A stretch of 64,000 nt of DNA. Origin: an uncultured Methanosarcinales archaeon. Lineage in GTDB: Archaea > Halobacteriota > Methanosarcinia > Methanosarcinales > Methanosarcinaceae. The DNA lies in NCBI GenBank assembly GCA_964532775.1, contig CAZHNA010000001.1, positions 585-64,584 on the forward strand, written 5' to 3'. The notes under the pieces were generated by a model. That model saw nothing but the letters and a program-made list of their open reading frames with translations, was not told where the DNA came from and did not search any database. The first letter of the stretch is position 1; the number at the start of each line of letters is the position of its first letter. Below are positions 1 to 9,865 of this stretch, in pieces. The position numbers and the translations under genes are program-made.

Positions 1-17
1 CACAAAGGGGTTTGATT

Positions 18-1445
18 ATGAAACAATATGATCTTATTATTATTGGCACCGGTTCAGCAATGAACTATATTGGTCCGATTCTTCAGGAAAATCCAGAAAT
101 GAAACTTGCTGTTATTGATAAGGATGAACCGGGTGGAATCTGCCTCACAAAAGGCTGTATCCCTTCCAAAATGCTTCTTTATCCGGCAGAACTTGTTCGC
201 AATATTGAAATTGCAAAGGATTTTGGTATAAGCTCCAAAATAGACAACATTGATTTTAATGCAGTTATGGAACGAATGCGTAAATCTATCTCTTCAGACA
301 TTGAAATGATTCGTGGAGGGCTTACTGAAACAGAAGATTTCGATTATTATCAGGAAATTGCTGAATTTGTGTCTCCATATACTTTGAAAGTTGGCGATGA
401 AACAATAACGTCTCCTATGATTTTCCTTTGTACAGGTTCAAAAATCCTGATTCCTCCGATTAAAGGAATTGACGATACCGACTACCTCACAAGTGACAGC
501 GTTCTTCAGATGTCTGTCCTTCCTGATAGCATTGTCATCATTGGGGCAGGCTACATAGCAGCCGAATATGGTCATTTCTTCTCGGCAATGGGTAGCAAAG
601 TAACTGTCATAGGCAGAAACCAGCACATTCTCTCTCAGGAAGAACCGGAAATTTCTATTCTGGCCAGAAAAGAAATGTCGAAGTACATGGAGATTCTGAC
701 CGGATATGATGTTACAGAAGTTCGTGAGGAAAATGGTACGAAAATAGTGACCGGAGTCTCCTCAGAAGATGGTTCTCCATTGGAAGTTGAAGCTGATGCC
801 ATCATGTTGGCTACAGGACGTGCATCAAATTCTGACATCTTAAATCCAGAAAAAGGGAATATTGAAGTTGATAAAAGAGGTTGGATCAAAGTCAATGATA
901 ATCTTGAGACGACATCTCCCGGCGTCTGGGCTTTTGGTGATGCAAACGGACAGTATCTTTTCAAACATGTGGGGAATCATGAATCAACTGTAGTATATAG
1001 AAATGCTATCCTTAAACATGAGGCAAAAGTCGACTATCATGCAGTACCGCATGCAGTATTTTCATGGCCCGAAATCGCCGGTTTCGGTATGATGGAAAAA
1101 GCGGCACTAGACGAGTATGGGGAAGATAAAATTGCTATCGGTTTCCAGCCGTTTGAAGGTACCGGGAAAGGACGTGCGATGGGTCTTAAGGATTATTTTG
1201 TAAAGATCATACTGGAGGCAGAATCGCAAAAAATACTGGGGGCTCACATTATAGGCCCGGAAGCTTCAGTCCTCATCCATGAACTAATACCTCTCATGTA
1301 TACTGAATCACAAAATGCTTACCCTTTGATGTATTCTATGGATATTCATCCATCACTCAGTGAAGTTGTGAAACGTGCAGTAAACTCACAGTATTCTGCT
1401 AATGAATACCATTCCATGCTAATGGAAATGGGCTTATCAGATTAA
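18..1445 (+). CDS. Pyridine nucleotide-disulfide oxidoreductase (dihydrolipoyl dehydrogenase/mycothione reductase-like)
   Basis: Redox motif GGICLTKGCIPSK, NAD-binding IIGAGYIA, GD motif, C-terminal HPSLSE. Confidence 0.85.
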   Translation: MKQYDLIIIGTGSAMNYIGPILQENPEMKLAVIDKDEPGGICLTKGCIPSKMLLYPAELVRNIEIAKDFGISSKIDNIDFNAVMERMRKSISSDIEMIRGGLTETEDFDYYQEIAEFVSPYTLKVGDETITSPMIFLCTGSKILIPPIKGIDDTDYLTSDSVLQMSVLPDSIVIIGAGYIAAEYGHFFSAMGSKVTVIGRNQHILSQEEPEISILARKEMSKYMEILTGYDVTEVREENGTKIVTGVSSEDGSPLEVEADAIMLATGRASNSDILNPEKGNIEVDKRGWIKVNDNLETTSPGVWAFGDANGQYLFKHVGNHESTVVYRNAILKHEAKVDYHAVPHAVFSWPEIAGFGMMEKAALDEYGEDKIAIGFQPFEGTGKGRAMGLKDYFVKIILEAESQKILGAHIIGPEASVLIHELIPLMYTESQNAYPLMYSMDIHPSLSEVVKRAVNSQYSANEYHSMLMEMGLSD

Positions 1446-1476
1446 AAAAAGCAAAAAATATTTTCCTCCTGTAAAA

Positions 1477-1827
1477 TCAGGAGGATAGTGCCATAATTGC
1501 TTCAGCGAGATCGCCCTTTGTATCTTTGAGGGCTTGTTTTGCTGCATCTTCAGAGACATTTGCTTGTTCCATAACAAGCCTTATGTCATCTTCAGGAATT
1601 TGTAACTCTCTTGCTACTTCTTCTGGAGTTCCGACTATCTGGTAAGTGTCTACTCCCTGTGCATTCATGATAGAAACATTGGCATCATTAAATATGATTT
1701 CTCGATCTGGCATGCGGATTATTACTTGTTCCACGTCTGCAAGCTCGTCTACGTTGATGCCCATTTGCTTCATCATTTGCTTAAGTTTCTTGGGGTTCAT
1801 ACCCCGGCCACCCATGCCTGGAATCAT
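1477..1827 (-). CDS. nac: Nascent polypeptide-associated complex protein
   Basis: MNPKKLKQMMKQMGI N-terminus and C-terminal UBA-like GDLAEAIMAL. Confidence 0.92.
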   Translation of the reverse strand: MIPGMGGRGMNPKKLKQMMKQMGINVDELADVEQVIIRMPDREIIFNDANVSIMNAQGVDTYQIVGTPEEVARELQIPEDDIRLVMEQANVSEDAAKQALKDTKGDLAEAIMALSS

Positions 1828-1892
1828 CTTGAATTACCTCTACTAGTGTAATTAACTGTTATGCAAAAAAAGGTAGGAAATAAAAAGTTAAA

Positions 1893-2216
1893 TTAGTGGC
1901 ATCCGCCACCGCAGGAACCACAGCTACTCGCAGCTTTAGGATTGTCAATGACGAATCCTTTGCCATCAGGAGTCTCGATGAAATCAATTTTAGCTTCATC
2001 AAGTTCTTCTTGAACATCAGGGGCCATTACAATTTTGACATCCTTGTCTTCAAATACGACATCGTCTTCTTTTTCTTCGTTGTCAAGTGCCATGCCGTAC
2101 TGGACACCACTGCAACCAAGTCCTGCAACGAAAACTCTTAGTGCATGGTCCTTTTTGTCTTCGGATTCCATCAGGGACTTAAGTTCCTGAGCTGCTATAT
2201 CAGTAATTTCTACCAT
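1893..2216 (-). CDS. HesB/IscA-family Fe-S cluster assembly protein
   Basis: LRVFVAGLGCSG motif, GFVIDNP and C-terminal CGSCGGGC; start moved to ATG 2216 after SD AGGAGAG. Confidence 0.88.
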   Translation of the reverse strand: MVEITDIAAQELKSLMESEDKKDHALRVFVAGLGCSGVQYGMALDNEEKEDDVVFEDKDVKIVMAPDVQEELDEAKIDFIETPDGKGFVIDNPKAASSCGSCGGGCH

Positions 2217-2290
2217 TTGCTCTCTCCTTTGTATGTAATATAACTCCATTTTAGCCGGGGTTGGTATATATAAATTGTCGTGTAAAATTC

Positions 2291-3334
2291 TCACACAAAT
2301 TCCACGTCACTGTCGGAAGGATTCACAAGTACTTCGGCGGTGGATGCGTTGATTTCCACGGAATTCCTTTTGCCTTTTGCTTCCCATACAGGTACATAAA
2401 CAAGTTCGGTTTGAATTGATATGTCTTCCTTCATGGGCTTGAAACGCTTGTGTTCGGAAATAATTGCTTCACCAACGGTATTCCCAAATTTAACATCCTT
2501 TGTATGCTCTTCAACTATCTTTTCCAGAAGTTCTTCACGGATTTCGGCATCATTTGTAGAGGGACTCTTGATGTCATAGTCATCTTCGACCTGTACACTG
2601 TCCTGAATTACCGGAAGTGAAAACTCTTCTGGGTTCCCATTGACCGCATTGATAAATCCTTCTCCCTCTCCGGTAATATCTATTAATTTTGACTTAAATT
2701 GGTATTCAGAACGCAGTGAATAAACATACTTCCAAAAAGGAACAAATTTTAATTTGGCATCTCTGACAGTACCAAGGTGAGGTTTTGCAATTGAGATTGC
2801 TTTTTCTTTTGCAACGTTTATAGGTGAGGATTTCAAATTCAGCTCAGATGCCTGTTTTACTTCCTCAGTTAAGGCAACAACAGGTTGCACGGTTTCTGAT
2901 ACTTCTGGACTTGATGCCGGAGCTGCAAACATGTTGTTCTGGAATGTATTGTCCTCAGCAACAATATAGCTGCCTTCGGCAGGAATAGATGTGTCGGTTT
3001 TGACAAGATCTATTTCTTCTCCTTCCAGATCTGCGAGAACGGCTTTCCCTATTTGATATGCCAGTTCTTCTCGATCCCATACCATAATTCCGCTTTGCTT
3101 TGCATCAACTACTGCTTCCTGCTCAGCACTGCCTGTAAGCACGAAAAGGCCAACTCCGTCAGGAATATGTCTCGAGAAATCTTCTATTGAGATATGATCA
3201 AGCCCGTTTCCAAACTTGATATACATTTTATCCCCGTTTTTCTCCGCAATCAGATCCGCAGTACTTGAATCCATAACATTATACCCGGATGATGTAAAGA
3301 TATCTTTCAGTATTTGTGAAAGGTTATTTTTCAT
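2291..3334 (-). CDS. Conserved hypothetical protein; N-terminus resembles a degenerate restriction-endonuclease-like fold
   Basis: 347-aa ORF; GYNV...ADLIAEKNGDKMYIKF and DAKQSGIMVWDREEL pattern; C-terminal FVPFW and YVPVW motifs. Confidence 0.65.
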   Translation of the reverse strand: MKNNLSQILKDIFTSSGYNVMDSSTADLIAEKNGDKMYIKFGNGLDHISIEDFSRHIPDGVGLFVLTGSAEQEAVVDAKQSGIMVWDREELAYQIGKAVLADLEGEEIDLVKTDTSIPAEGSYIVAEDNTFQNNMFAAPASSPEVSETVQPVVALTEEVKQASELNLKSSPINVAKEKAISIAKPHLGTVRDAKLKFVPFWKYVYSLRSEYQFKSKLIDITGEGEGFINAVNGNPEEFSLPVIQDSVQVEDDYDIKSPSTNDAEIREELLEKIVEEHTKDVKFGNTVGEAIISEHKRFKPMKEDISIQTELVYVPVWEAKGKRNSVEINASTAEVLVNPSDSDVEFV

Positions 3335-3366
3335 GAATTACCACCTTTATTTCGTTTTAGGATTAG

Positions 3367-4131
3367 TTAAAGAACTCTGGTTGTGGTTTCGAGTTCAATT
3401 CCTTTATGAGTAATATTATATGAACTGGTTTTACTTGGAGGGATCATTCCACGCATTTTTCGTATAAGGATTGATCTTTCGACTTCACTTCCCCTCTCTT
3501 TCATCCTGAACTCAATGACACCGTCACATATGTCTTTCATTGTGTTTTCCACAGTGGGATCATGCATCCCTGAAGTCATCAATACAAGTTGAACTGCATT
3601 TGTGGCTTTTCCAACAGAGGAAATTACTTCAATTGCTTCTACCACACTGTTTAATTCATAGGCTCTTAAAAAGAAGGACATTGAATCAATAACTCCCCGG
3701 TATCGTTCTTTTCGGGGTTCATTAACAACCGACTTCAATAAATTCATTGCATCAGTGTTCTGCTTAACGAAATCTTTTGCTGAAAGATCAACGGAAAGGT
3801 GTTTTGGAAGGACATTGTAAAAACGAAGGCTATAGGCATCGATGAAATCCATCTGATTTTTATCAACGTATTCTTCGATATCCCATCCAAAGTTTTTCAT
3901 ATCTTCAATTATTTCGCTTATAGGATGCTCAGAAGAAAAATAGTATACTTCTTCTCCATCTTCCAGACCACCATTGACAAATTGCTGTGCAAACACTTCT
4001 GAACTGGTTCCGGGCTCTGCCAATAGTAATATCGTAGTTCCCGGTGGAACGCCCCCTCCCAACTGTACGTCAAGACCTGCGATTCCCGTTGGTGTCCTGT
4101 AGCTACCTGCTCCATCAAAACTATAGTCCAT
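3367..4131 (-). CDS. RAD55/KaiC-like RecA-family ATPase with degenerate Walker A
   Basis: TGIAGLDVQLGGGVP, VIDSMS, DGVIEF, IRKMRG; P-loop reads AEPGTSSE. Confidence 0.85.
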   Translation of the reverse strand: MDYSFDGAGSYRTPTGIAGLDVQLGGGVPPGTTILLLAEPGTSSEVFAQQFVNGGLEDGEEVYYFSSEHPISEIIEDMKNFGWDIEEYVDKNQMDFIDAYSLRFYNVLPKHLSVDLSAKDFVKQNTDAMNLLKSVVNEPRKERYRGVIDSMSFFLRAYELNSVVEAIEVISSVGKATNAVQLVLMTSGMHDPTVENTMKDICDGVIEFRMKERGSEVERSILIRKMRGMIPPSKTSSYNITHKGIELETTTRVL

Positions 4132-4258
4132 TTGTTCACCCTGTGATGATGTATAAAATGCGGAATTTTCAAAGTAATAATTACAAATATCTGAAGTCTT
4201 ACTTTTATATGCAGGTTCTTACTTTTTATAGTTATAGTATATCTCACAGGTGATTACC

Positions 4259-4621
4259 ATGATTGATCTCGATGAACTCAAATTTGACAATGGATTAATT
4301 CCTGCCATCGCACAGGACAGTGAAACAGGTGAAGTCCTAATGTTTGCTTTCATGAACAGGGAATCTCTGGAACTGACTATTGAAACAGGAGTAATGCACT
4401 ACTGGAGTAGGAGTCGCCAGAAATTATGGAAAAAGGGTGAAAGTTCAGGTCATCTCCAGACAGTAAAAGAGCTTCTTGTTGACTGTGATATGGATGTCTT
4501 GCTTGCTAAAATAGATCAAGAAGGCGGAGCATGTCACACTGGCTACAGATCATGCTTCTATCGCAATATCGAAGGTGATGTTGTTGGAAAGAAAATCTTT
4601 AATCCGGAAGATGTTTACTGA
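4259..4621 (+). CDS. hisI: Phosphoribosyl-AMP cyclohydrolase
   Basis: [32 protein letters not shown]. Confidence 0.95.
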   Translation: MIDLDELKFDNGLIPAIAQDSETGEVLMFAFMNRESLELTIETGVMHYWSRSRQKLWKKGESSGHLQTVKELLVDCDMDVLLAKIDQEGGACHTGYRSCFYRNIEGDVVGKKIFNPEDVY

Positions 4622-4668
4622 CTGTTTGAACCATTGAATTAAATATATTTGCAGCCTTTCTACTTGTC

Positions 4669-6501
4669 ATGGGAGACTCCACTGATTTGAAAATCGTTCC
4701 TGATACAAGCGCAATTATAGATGGCCGTATTTCTGAGAAGATACGATCCGGGGAATATGTGGATGCAAAGATTTTCATCCCCGAAGCGGCTGTGGCAGAA
4801 ATCGAAGCTCAGGCAAATCGTGGTCTTGAAATTGGTCACAAAGGTCTTGAAGAATTACAGAAAATTCAGGATCTGGCTCATAGTGGAAAGGTAGAGGTTT
4901 CTTTTGTAGGAATTCGTCCGGGTCCAGACCACGTTAAGCTGGCAAAGGGTGGAGAAATTGATGCCCTCATTCGTTCAGTAGGCGAGGAGTTTGATGCAAA
5001 ATTCATAACTGGGGATCGAATTCAGGCCGAAGTTGCTCGGGCACGGGGAATGGATGTCGATTACCTAAAACCTTCCTTATTTGAAGTTACCCCTCTTAAA
5101 ATAGAGGATTTTTTTACAGATGACACAATGTCTGTTCATCTCAAAAACGGTGTATTGCCTATGGCAAAAAAGGGTAGCATCGGAGATGTAAAATTCGTAT
5201 CTATCCGTGAAAACCCATGCACATATGGGGAACTGCACTATATTTCAAGGGAATTATCTGAAAGGGCAAGATCAGACAACGAATCTTTTATTGAACTATC
5301 TGCTACAGGTGCTTCGGTTTTACAGATTCGTGATATGAGAATAGCTATTTCAACTCCTCCATTTTCAGATGATATTGAAATTACGGCAGTAAGACCTGTA
5401 GCTTCCGTAAGGTTCGAAGAGTACCGTTTAAGTGATCAATTAAAAGAACGTGTGCTCATGCAACGAGGAGTTCTGATTGCAGGTCCACCCGGCGCTGGAA
5501 AATCAACATTTGCTGCAGGACTTGCAAATTATCTCCACGAAAGCGGCTATGTTGTAAAAACCATGGAATCCCCGAGGGATCTTCAGGTTCCTCCTGAAAT
5601 CACCCAATATGCTCCATTGGATGGAGATATGGCAAATACAGCTGATGTATTACTTTTGGTGAGGCCGGATTACACTATTTATGATGAAGTACGTAAAACT
5701 CACGATTTTGAAATTTTCGGGGATATGCGACTTGCAGGGGTTGGAATGGTTGGAGTGGTACATGCCAACCGTCCGGTTGATGCAGTGCAACGCCTGATTG
5801 GAAGAGTTGAACTTGGCATAATTCCACAGGTAGTGGATACCGTTGTTTTCATTGACAAGGGAGAGGTTGCAAGAGTTCAGGTTTTGGACTTCACTGTGAA
5901 AGTTCCGTCGGGTATGACGGAATCAGATCTTGCACGACCTGTTATAGTGATCTCAGACTTTGAGAGTGGGCAGGTAGAGTTTGAAATCTACACGTTTGGA
6001 GAACAGGTTGTAGTAATGCCTGTTTCAGAAGTATCAAAGAAACCGATCTGGAAACTTGCGGAAGGCGAGATCCGTGAGGTAATGCAACGGTATGTGAATG
6101 GTCCTGTTGATGTTGAACTGATTTCCGATAACAAAGTGATAGTGAAAGTTGCTGAACATGAAATCTCGCAGGTTATCGGCAAGGGTGGTTCAACCATTGA
6201 TAAAATCGAAAAACAGCTGGGTCTTAGTATTGATGTCCGTGAACTTGATGGTAATTCCGGGGAAAAAGGTTCTTCATCTTCAGAATTAAGACCTGTAGTC
6301 GAACAGACAAAGCGTCATCTGATTCTTGATGTACCTTCGGTAGCTAAACGTGACGTTGAAGTTTTAATAGGGGATGAATATCTTTTCACAGCAACGGTTA
6401 GCAGGCATGGTGAAGTGAAAATAAGGAAGAACTCGCATGTTGCTGCTGATATTCTTGATGCACTTGAAGCAGGAGAAGCGATTGTTGTGAAACCGGTTTG
6501 A
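4669..6501 (+). CDS. PIN-domain ATPase with KH domain (PINA-type)
   Basis: PIN VPDTSAIIDG, Walker A GPPGAGKS, KH VIGKGG. Confidence 0.9.
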   Translation: MGDSTDLKIVPDTSAIIDGRISEKIRSGEYVDAKIFIPEAAVAEIEAQANRGLEIGHKGLEELQKIQDLAHSGKVEVSFVGIRPGPDHVKLAKGGEIDALIRSVGEEFDAKFITGDRIQAEVARARGMDVDYLKPSLFEVTPLKIEDFFTDDTMSVHLKNGVLPMAKKGSIGDVKFVSIRENPCTYGELHYISRELSERARSDNESFIELSATGASVLQIRDMRIAISTPPFSDDIEITAVRPVASVRFEEYRLSDQLKERVLMQRGVLIAGPPGAGKSTFAAGLANYLHESGYVVKTMESPRDLQVPPEITQYAPLDGDMANTADVLLLVRPDYTIYDEVRKTHDFEIFGDMRLAGVGMVGVVHANRPVDAVQRLIGRVELGIIPQVVDTVVFIDKGEVARVQVLDFTVKVPSGMTESDLARPVIVISDFESGQVEFEIYTFGEQVVVMPVSEVSKKPIWKLAEGEIREVMQRYVNGPVDVELISDNKVIVKVAEHEISQVIGKGGSTIDKIEKQLGLSIDVRELDGNSGEKGSSSSELRPVVEQTKRHLILDVPSVAKRDVEVLIGDEYLFTATVSRHGEVKIRKNSHVAADILDALEAGEAIVVKPV

Positions 6502-6571
6502 TGACTATGCCTTTTTACCATTATCCTGATATACATACAAAAACATTTTACAAATTCGGGTGAGGATCACA

Positions 6572-7867
6572 ATGAGAGTATCAATTATAGGTTCTGGTTA
6601 TGTTGGTTCAGTAACTGCAGCGTGTTTTGCAGCTCTTGGACATGAAGTGATTTGCATTGATATAGACGAAAAAAAAGTAAGGCAGATCAATGATGGTTAT
6701 CCGCCTGTTTGGGAAGAAGGTCTCGAAGATTTAATGCAAAAGCATGTGGGGAAAAACCTGATAGCAACTTCAGATTATGAATATGCTATCCAGAACACTG
6801 ATATTTCATTCATTTGTGTCGGCACTCCTTCTGGGGATGACGGTGGAATTGATCTCTCTATTGTAGGTGCTGCAAGCAAGAGTCTAGGGTCTGCCATCGC
6901 TTCCAAAAATTCGTATCATGTTGTTGTTGTCAAGAGTACAGTAGTTCCCGGGACCACTGAAGATGTTGTTCTGCCTTTGATAGAAGAGTATTCAGGTCGT
7001 CTTCCAAGTGAAGGGTTTGGCATAGCTATGAATCCTGAATTCCTACGTGAAGGTCGTGCTGTCGAAGATTTCATGAATCCTGATAAAATAGTTGTGGGTT
7101 CAATTGACAAACGTTCAGGTGCACTTGTATCCGAACTTTATAGGGATGTTGACTGTGAGATTACTTATACGAATCCACGGACAGCAGAAATGATCAAATA
7201 CACAAACAATTCTCTTCTTGCAACCAAGATCTCTTTTGCAAATGAAATTGGCAATATCTGCAAAAAAATGGGTATTAATACCTACGAAGTAATGGATGCG
7301 GTGGGAAAGGATTTCCGATTAAGCCCGAATTTCCTTAACAGTGGTGCGGGCTTTGGTGGTTCCTGTTTCCCGAAAGATGTCCGGGCACTTATGGGTAAGG
7401 CAAAAGAGATGGATTATTATCCTTCATTGCTTGAATCTGTAATGGAAATAAATGAATTACAACCTCTACAGATGGTAGAATTACTTCAGGAAGCAATTCC
7501 TGACCTGAAAGGAAAGAAGATCTCTGTTTTAGGACTTGCTTTCAAAGGCAATACAGATGATATCAGGGAATCACGCTCTATTCCCGTAATCAAAAAATTA
7601 CTGGATCTTGGTGTTAAAGTGAATTCATATGATCCGCTTGCATCTGAAAACATGAAATTAATTATTGACAATATCACTTATTGTGAAAATATTGATGAAT
7701 GTCTTAAAGATGCAGATGCCTGTTTGATTATGACTGAATGGGACGAATTCAGAGATCTGGATGAGGCTTTCTCTATGATGAAGAGAAAACTCGTAATAGA
7801 TGGTCGTCACCTGATAGATCCTGATTCCTTGTCTACGGAGATCGAGTACATCGGAATTTGCTGGTAA
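6572..7867 (+). CDS. UDP-glucose/GDP-mannose 6-dehydrogenase family protein
   Basis: GSGYVG, KSTVVPGT, NPEFLREG, GFGGSCFPKD. Confidence 0.93.
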   Translation: MRVSIIGSGYVGSVTAACFAALGHEVICIDIDEKKVRQINDGYPPVWEEGLEDLMQKHVGKNLIATSDYEYAIQNTDISFICVGTPSGDDGGIDLSIVGAASKSLGSAIASKNSYHVVVVKSTVVPGTTEDVVLPLIEEYSGRLPSEGFGIAMNPEFLREGRAVEDFMNPDKIVVGSIDKRSGALVSELYRDVDCEITYTNPRTAEMIKYTNNSLLATKISFANEIGNICKKMGINTYEVMDAVGKDFRLSPNFLNSGAGFGGSCFPKDVRALMGKAKEMDYYPSLLESVMEINELQPLQMVELLQEAIPDLKGKKISVLGLAFKGNTDDIRESRSIPVIKKLLDLGVKVNSYDPLASENMKLIIDNITYCENIDECLKDADACLIMTEWDEFRDLDEAFSMMKRKLVIDGRHLIDPDSLSTEIEYIGICW

Positions 7868-7919
7868 GCAAAATATCGTTTCGTTAAATTGATGTATTAA
7901 AAACATACTCTACTCTCCC

Positions 7920-8528
7920 ATGACAAATATTGTGATCATTGACTACGGTCTTGGAAATCTTCGCAGCGTCCAGAAAGGACTTGAGCATGCGGGAGCGTCT
8001 GTAACGATTACAAAGGACCCTGCTAATCTGGAACATGCGGATGGTCTTGTTCTTCCGGGTGTCGGGGCATTCAATGATGCAATGAAAAATATTGTTCCAT
8101 TTCTTGATCAAATTGATGATTTCATTAAATCCGGGAAACCAATGCTCGGGATTTGCCTTGGGCAGCAGATGTTGATGGAACATTCTGAGGAAGGGGAGAA
8201 AGCTGAAGGGCTTGGTTTTATTCCCGGTGGAGTTGTCAGGTTCCCTCACTCTGAGTTGAAAGTGCCACATATGGGCTGGAATGCTCTTTCCATAAAACAG
8301 GAGCATCCTTTTTTCGAAGGCATAAAAGATGGTTCATTTGTTTATTTTGTACATTCATATTACGTAGATACGGATCTGTCTCACACACTTGCTTCATGTG
8401 ATTATGGGGTAGACTTCGCCGCTTCCGTGGTGAATGGCGGGGGCAATGTTATTGGAACCCAATTCCATCCTGAAAAAAGTGGTGATGTGGGACTGAAAAT
8501 GCTTCGCAATTTTGTTGATATGTGCTGA
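7920..8528 (+). CDS. hisH: Imidazole glycerol phosphate synthase glutaminase subunit
   Basis: LPGVGAF, GICLG, PHMGWN, FVHSY, QFHPEKS. Confidence 0.96.
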   Translation: MTNIVIIDYGLGNLRSVQKGLEHAGASVTITKDPANLEHADGLVLPGVGAFNDAMKNIVPFLDQIDDFIKSGKPMLGICLGQQMLMEHSEEGEKAEGLGFIPGGVVRFPHSELKVPHMGWNALSIKQEHPFFEGIKDGSFVYFVHSYYVDTDLSHTLASCDYGVDFAASVVNGGGNVIGTQFHPEKSGDVGLKMLRNFVDMC

Positions 8529-8538
8529 AAGGGATAAC

Positions 8539-9861
8539 ATGGATATTGAAGGATATGCAAAACGCGCTCTCTTAAAGGGCGAAGAAAATATTGAAGAACG
8601 TTTGGCAGATAGAATTCAGGAAGTAAAGGGCTCAACTCCTGAACGTTCACTTGCTCTTGCAAAAGCCACTATTGAGGAAGCAAAAGCAACCCTTATTGTA
8701 AAAGGCGATGTTCTGACTTCTTCTATTTCCGGAGTTAGCATGGGTAGATTCGGTGTTGGGTCCCGTGGAACCGGGGACTTTTATGCTCATGAGAAAATTG
8801 CGGAAGTGATCGGGGACACAAGTGCTGTTGTGGACAGTAGCCAGCTTGATGATTCCGGAGCTGTAAAAATTGGTGACGATCAATATCTTGTAATTACCAT
8901 AGATGGTATTCATTCCAGGCTCAGTGATTTTCCATACCTTGCAGGTTTTCATGTGGCAAGAGCTTCCCTTCGTGATGTGTATGCGATGGGTTGCCGTCCT
9001 CTTGCATTATTGTCGGATATACACGTGGCAGATGACGGAGACGTGGCCAAAATATTTGATCACATTGCCGGAATTACCACCGTATCTGAACTCACGGGAA
9101 TTCCTCTAATTACCGGCAGCACTCTTCGCATTGGCGGGGATATGGTTATCGGAGAACGTATGACCGGCGGTGTGGGATCAGTAGGTATTGCTTCCTCACT
9201 TACCGCACGTTTGAATTCAACTGTGGGGGATGTTATCCTTATGACAGAAGGCGCAGGTGGAGGTACAATCTCTACAACTGCTCTTTATTACGGTATGCAT
9301 GATGTGGTTGATGAAACTATCAATGTCAAGTTCCTTGATGCATGTGAAGCACTAATCGAATCAGGTTTGTCACACAAAGTTCATGCAATGACAGATGTGA
9401 CCAATGGCGGCGTACGTGGTGATGCCAAGGAAATCTCAAGAACCGCTGGTGTAAAACTTGTATTCGAAGAAGACAAACTTCGACCACTTGTAAATCCCAC
9501 AGTTCTTGAAATGCTGGAAAAACTCGAGATCGATTATTTGGGTGTATCTCTCGACGCATTGTTGATAATTGCCCCTGCTGAGGAATCGGATGCAATAATG
9601 GAGTGTGTTAGAAAAGCAGGTGTTGCCATTGATGTTGTGGGTCGTGTGGAGGAAGGCACAGGTGCGGATCTTATTGTGGATGGTATTGTTCGGGATTTCT
9701 CTCCAAGGTTCAGGGAATCTGCTTACACTCCTATAAAGAAAATGATGGGTGATGAGCAACCTGAAGACTTTGAAACGATGAGAAGAGCAATTGACAAGGC
9801 CGCAAACGATGCAATTGAAAAGAAAAGAAAAGTTGTGGAAAGGCTTAGAAACCTTTCCTGA
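8539..9861 (+). CDS. AIR synthase-related (PurM/HypE-like) protein
   Basis: DDSG, DGIHSRLS, AMTDVTNGGVRG; start set at ATG 8539. Confidence 0.8.
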   Translation: MDIEGYAKRALLKGEENIEERLADRIQEVKGSTPERSLALAKATIEEAKATLIVKGDVLTSSISGVSMGRFGVGSRGTGDFYAHEKIAEVIGDTSAVVDSSQLDDSGAVKIGDDQYLVITIDGIHSRLSDFPYLAGFHVARASLRDVYAMGCRPLALLSDIHVADDGDVAKIFDHIAGITTVSELTGIPLITGSTLRIGGDMVIGERMTGGVGSVGIASSLTARLNSTVGDVILMTEGAGGGTISTTALYYGMHDVVDETINVKFLDACEALIESGLSHKVHAMTDVTNGGVRGDAKEISRTAGVKLVFEEDKLRPLVNPTVLEMLEKLEIDYLGVSLDALLIIAPAEESDAIMECVRKAGVAIDVVGRVEEGTGADLIVDGIVRDFSPRFRESAYTPIKKMMGDEQPEDFETMRRAIDKAANDAIEKKRKVVERLRNLS

Positions 9862-9865
9862 TATT

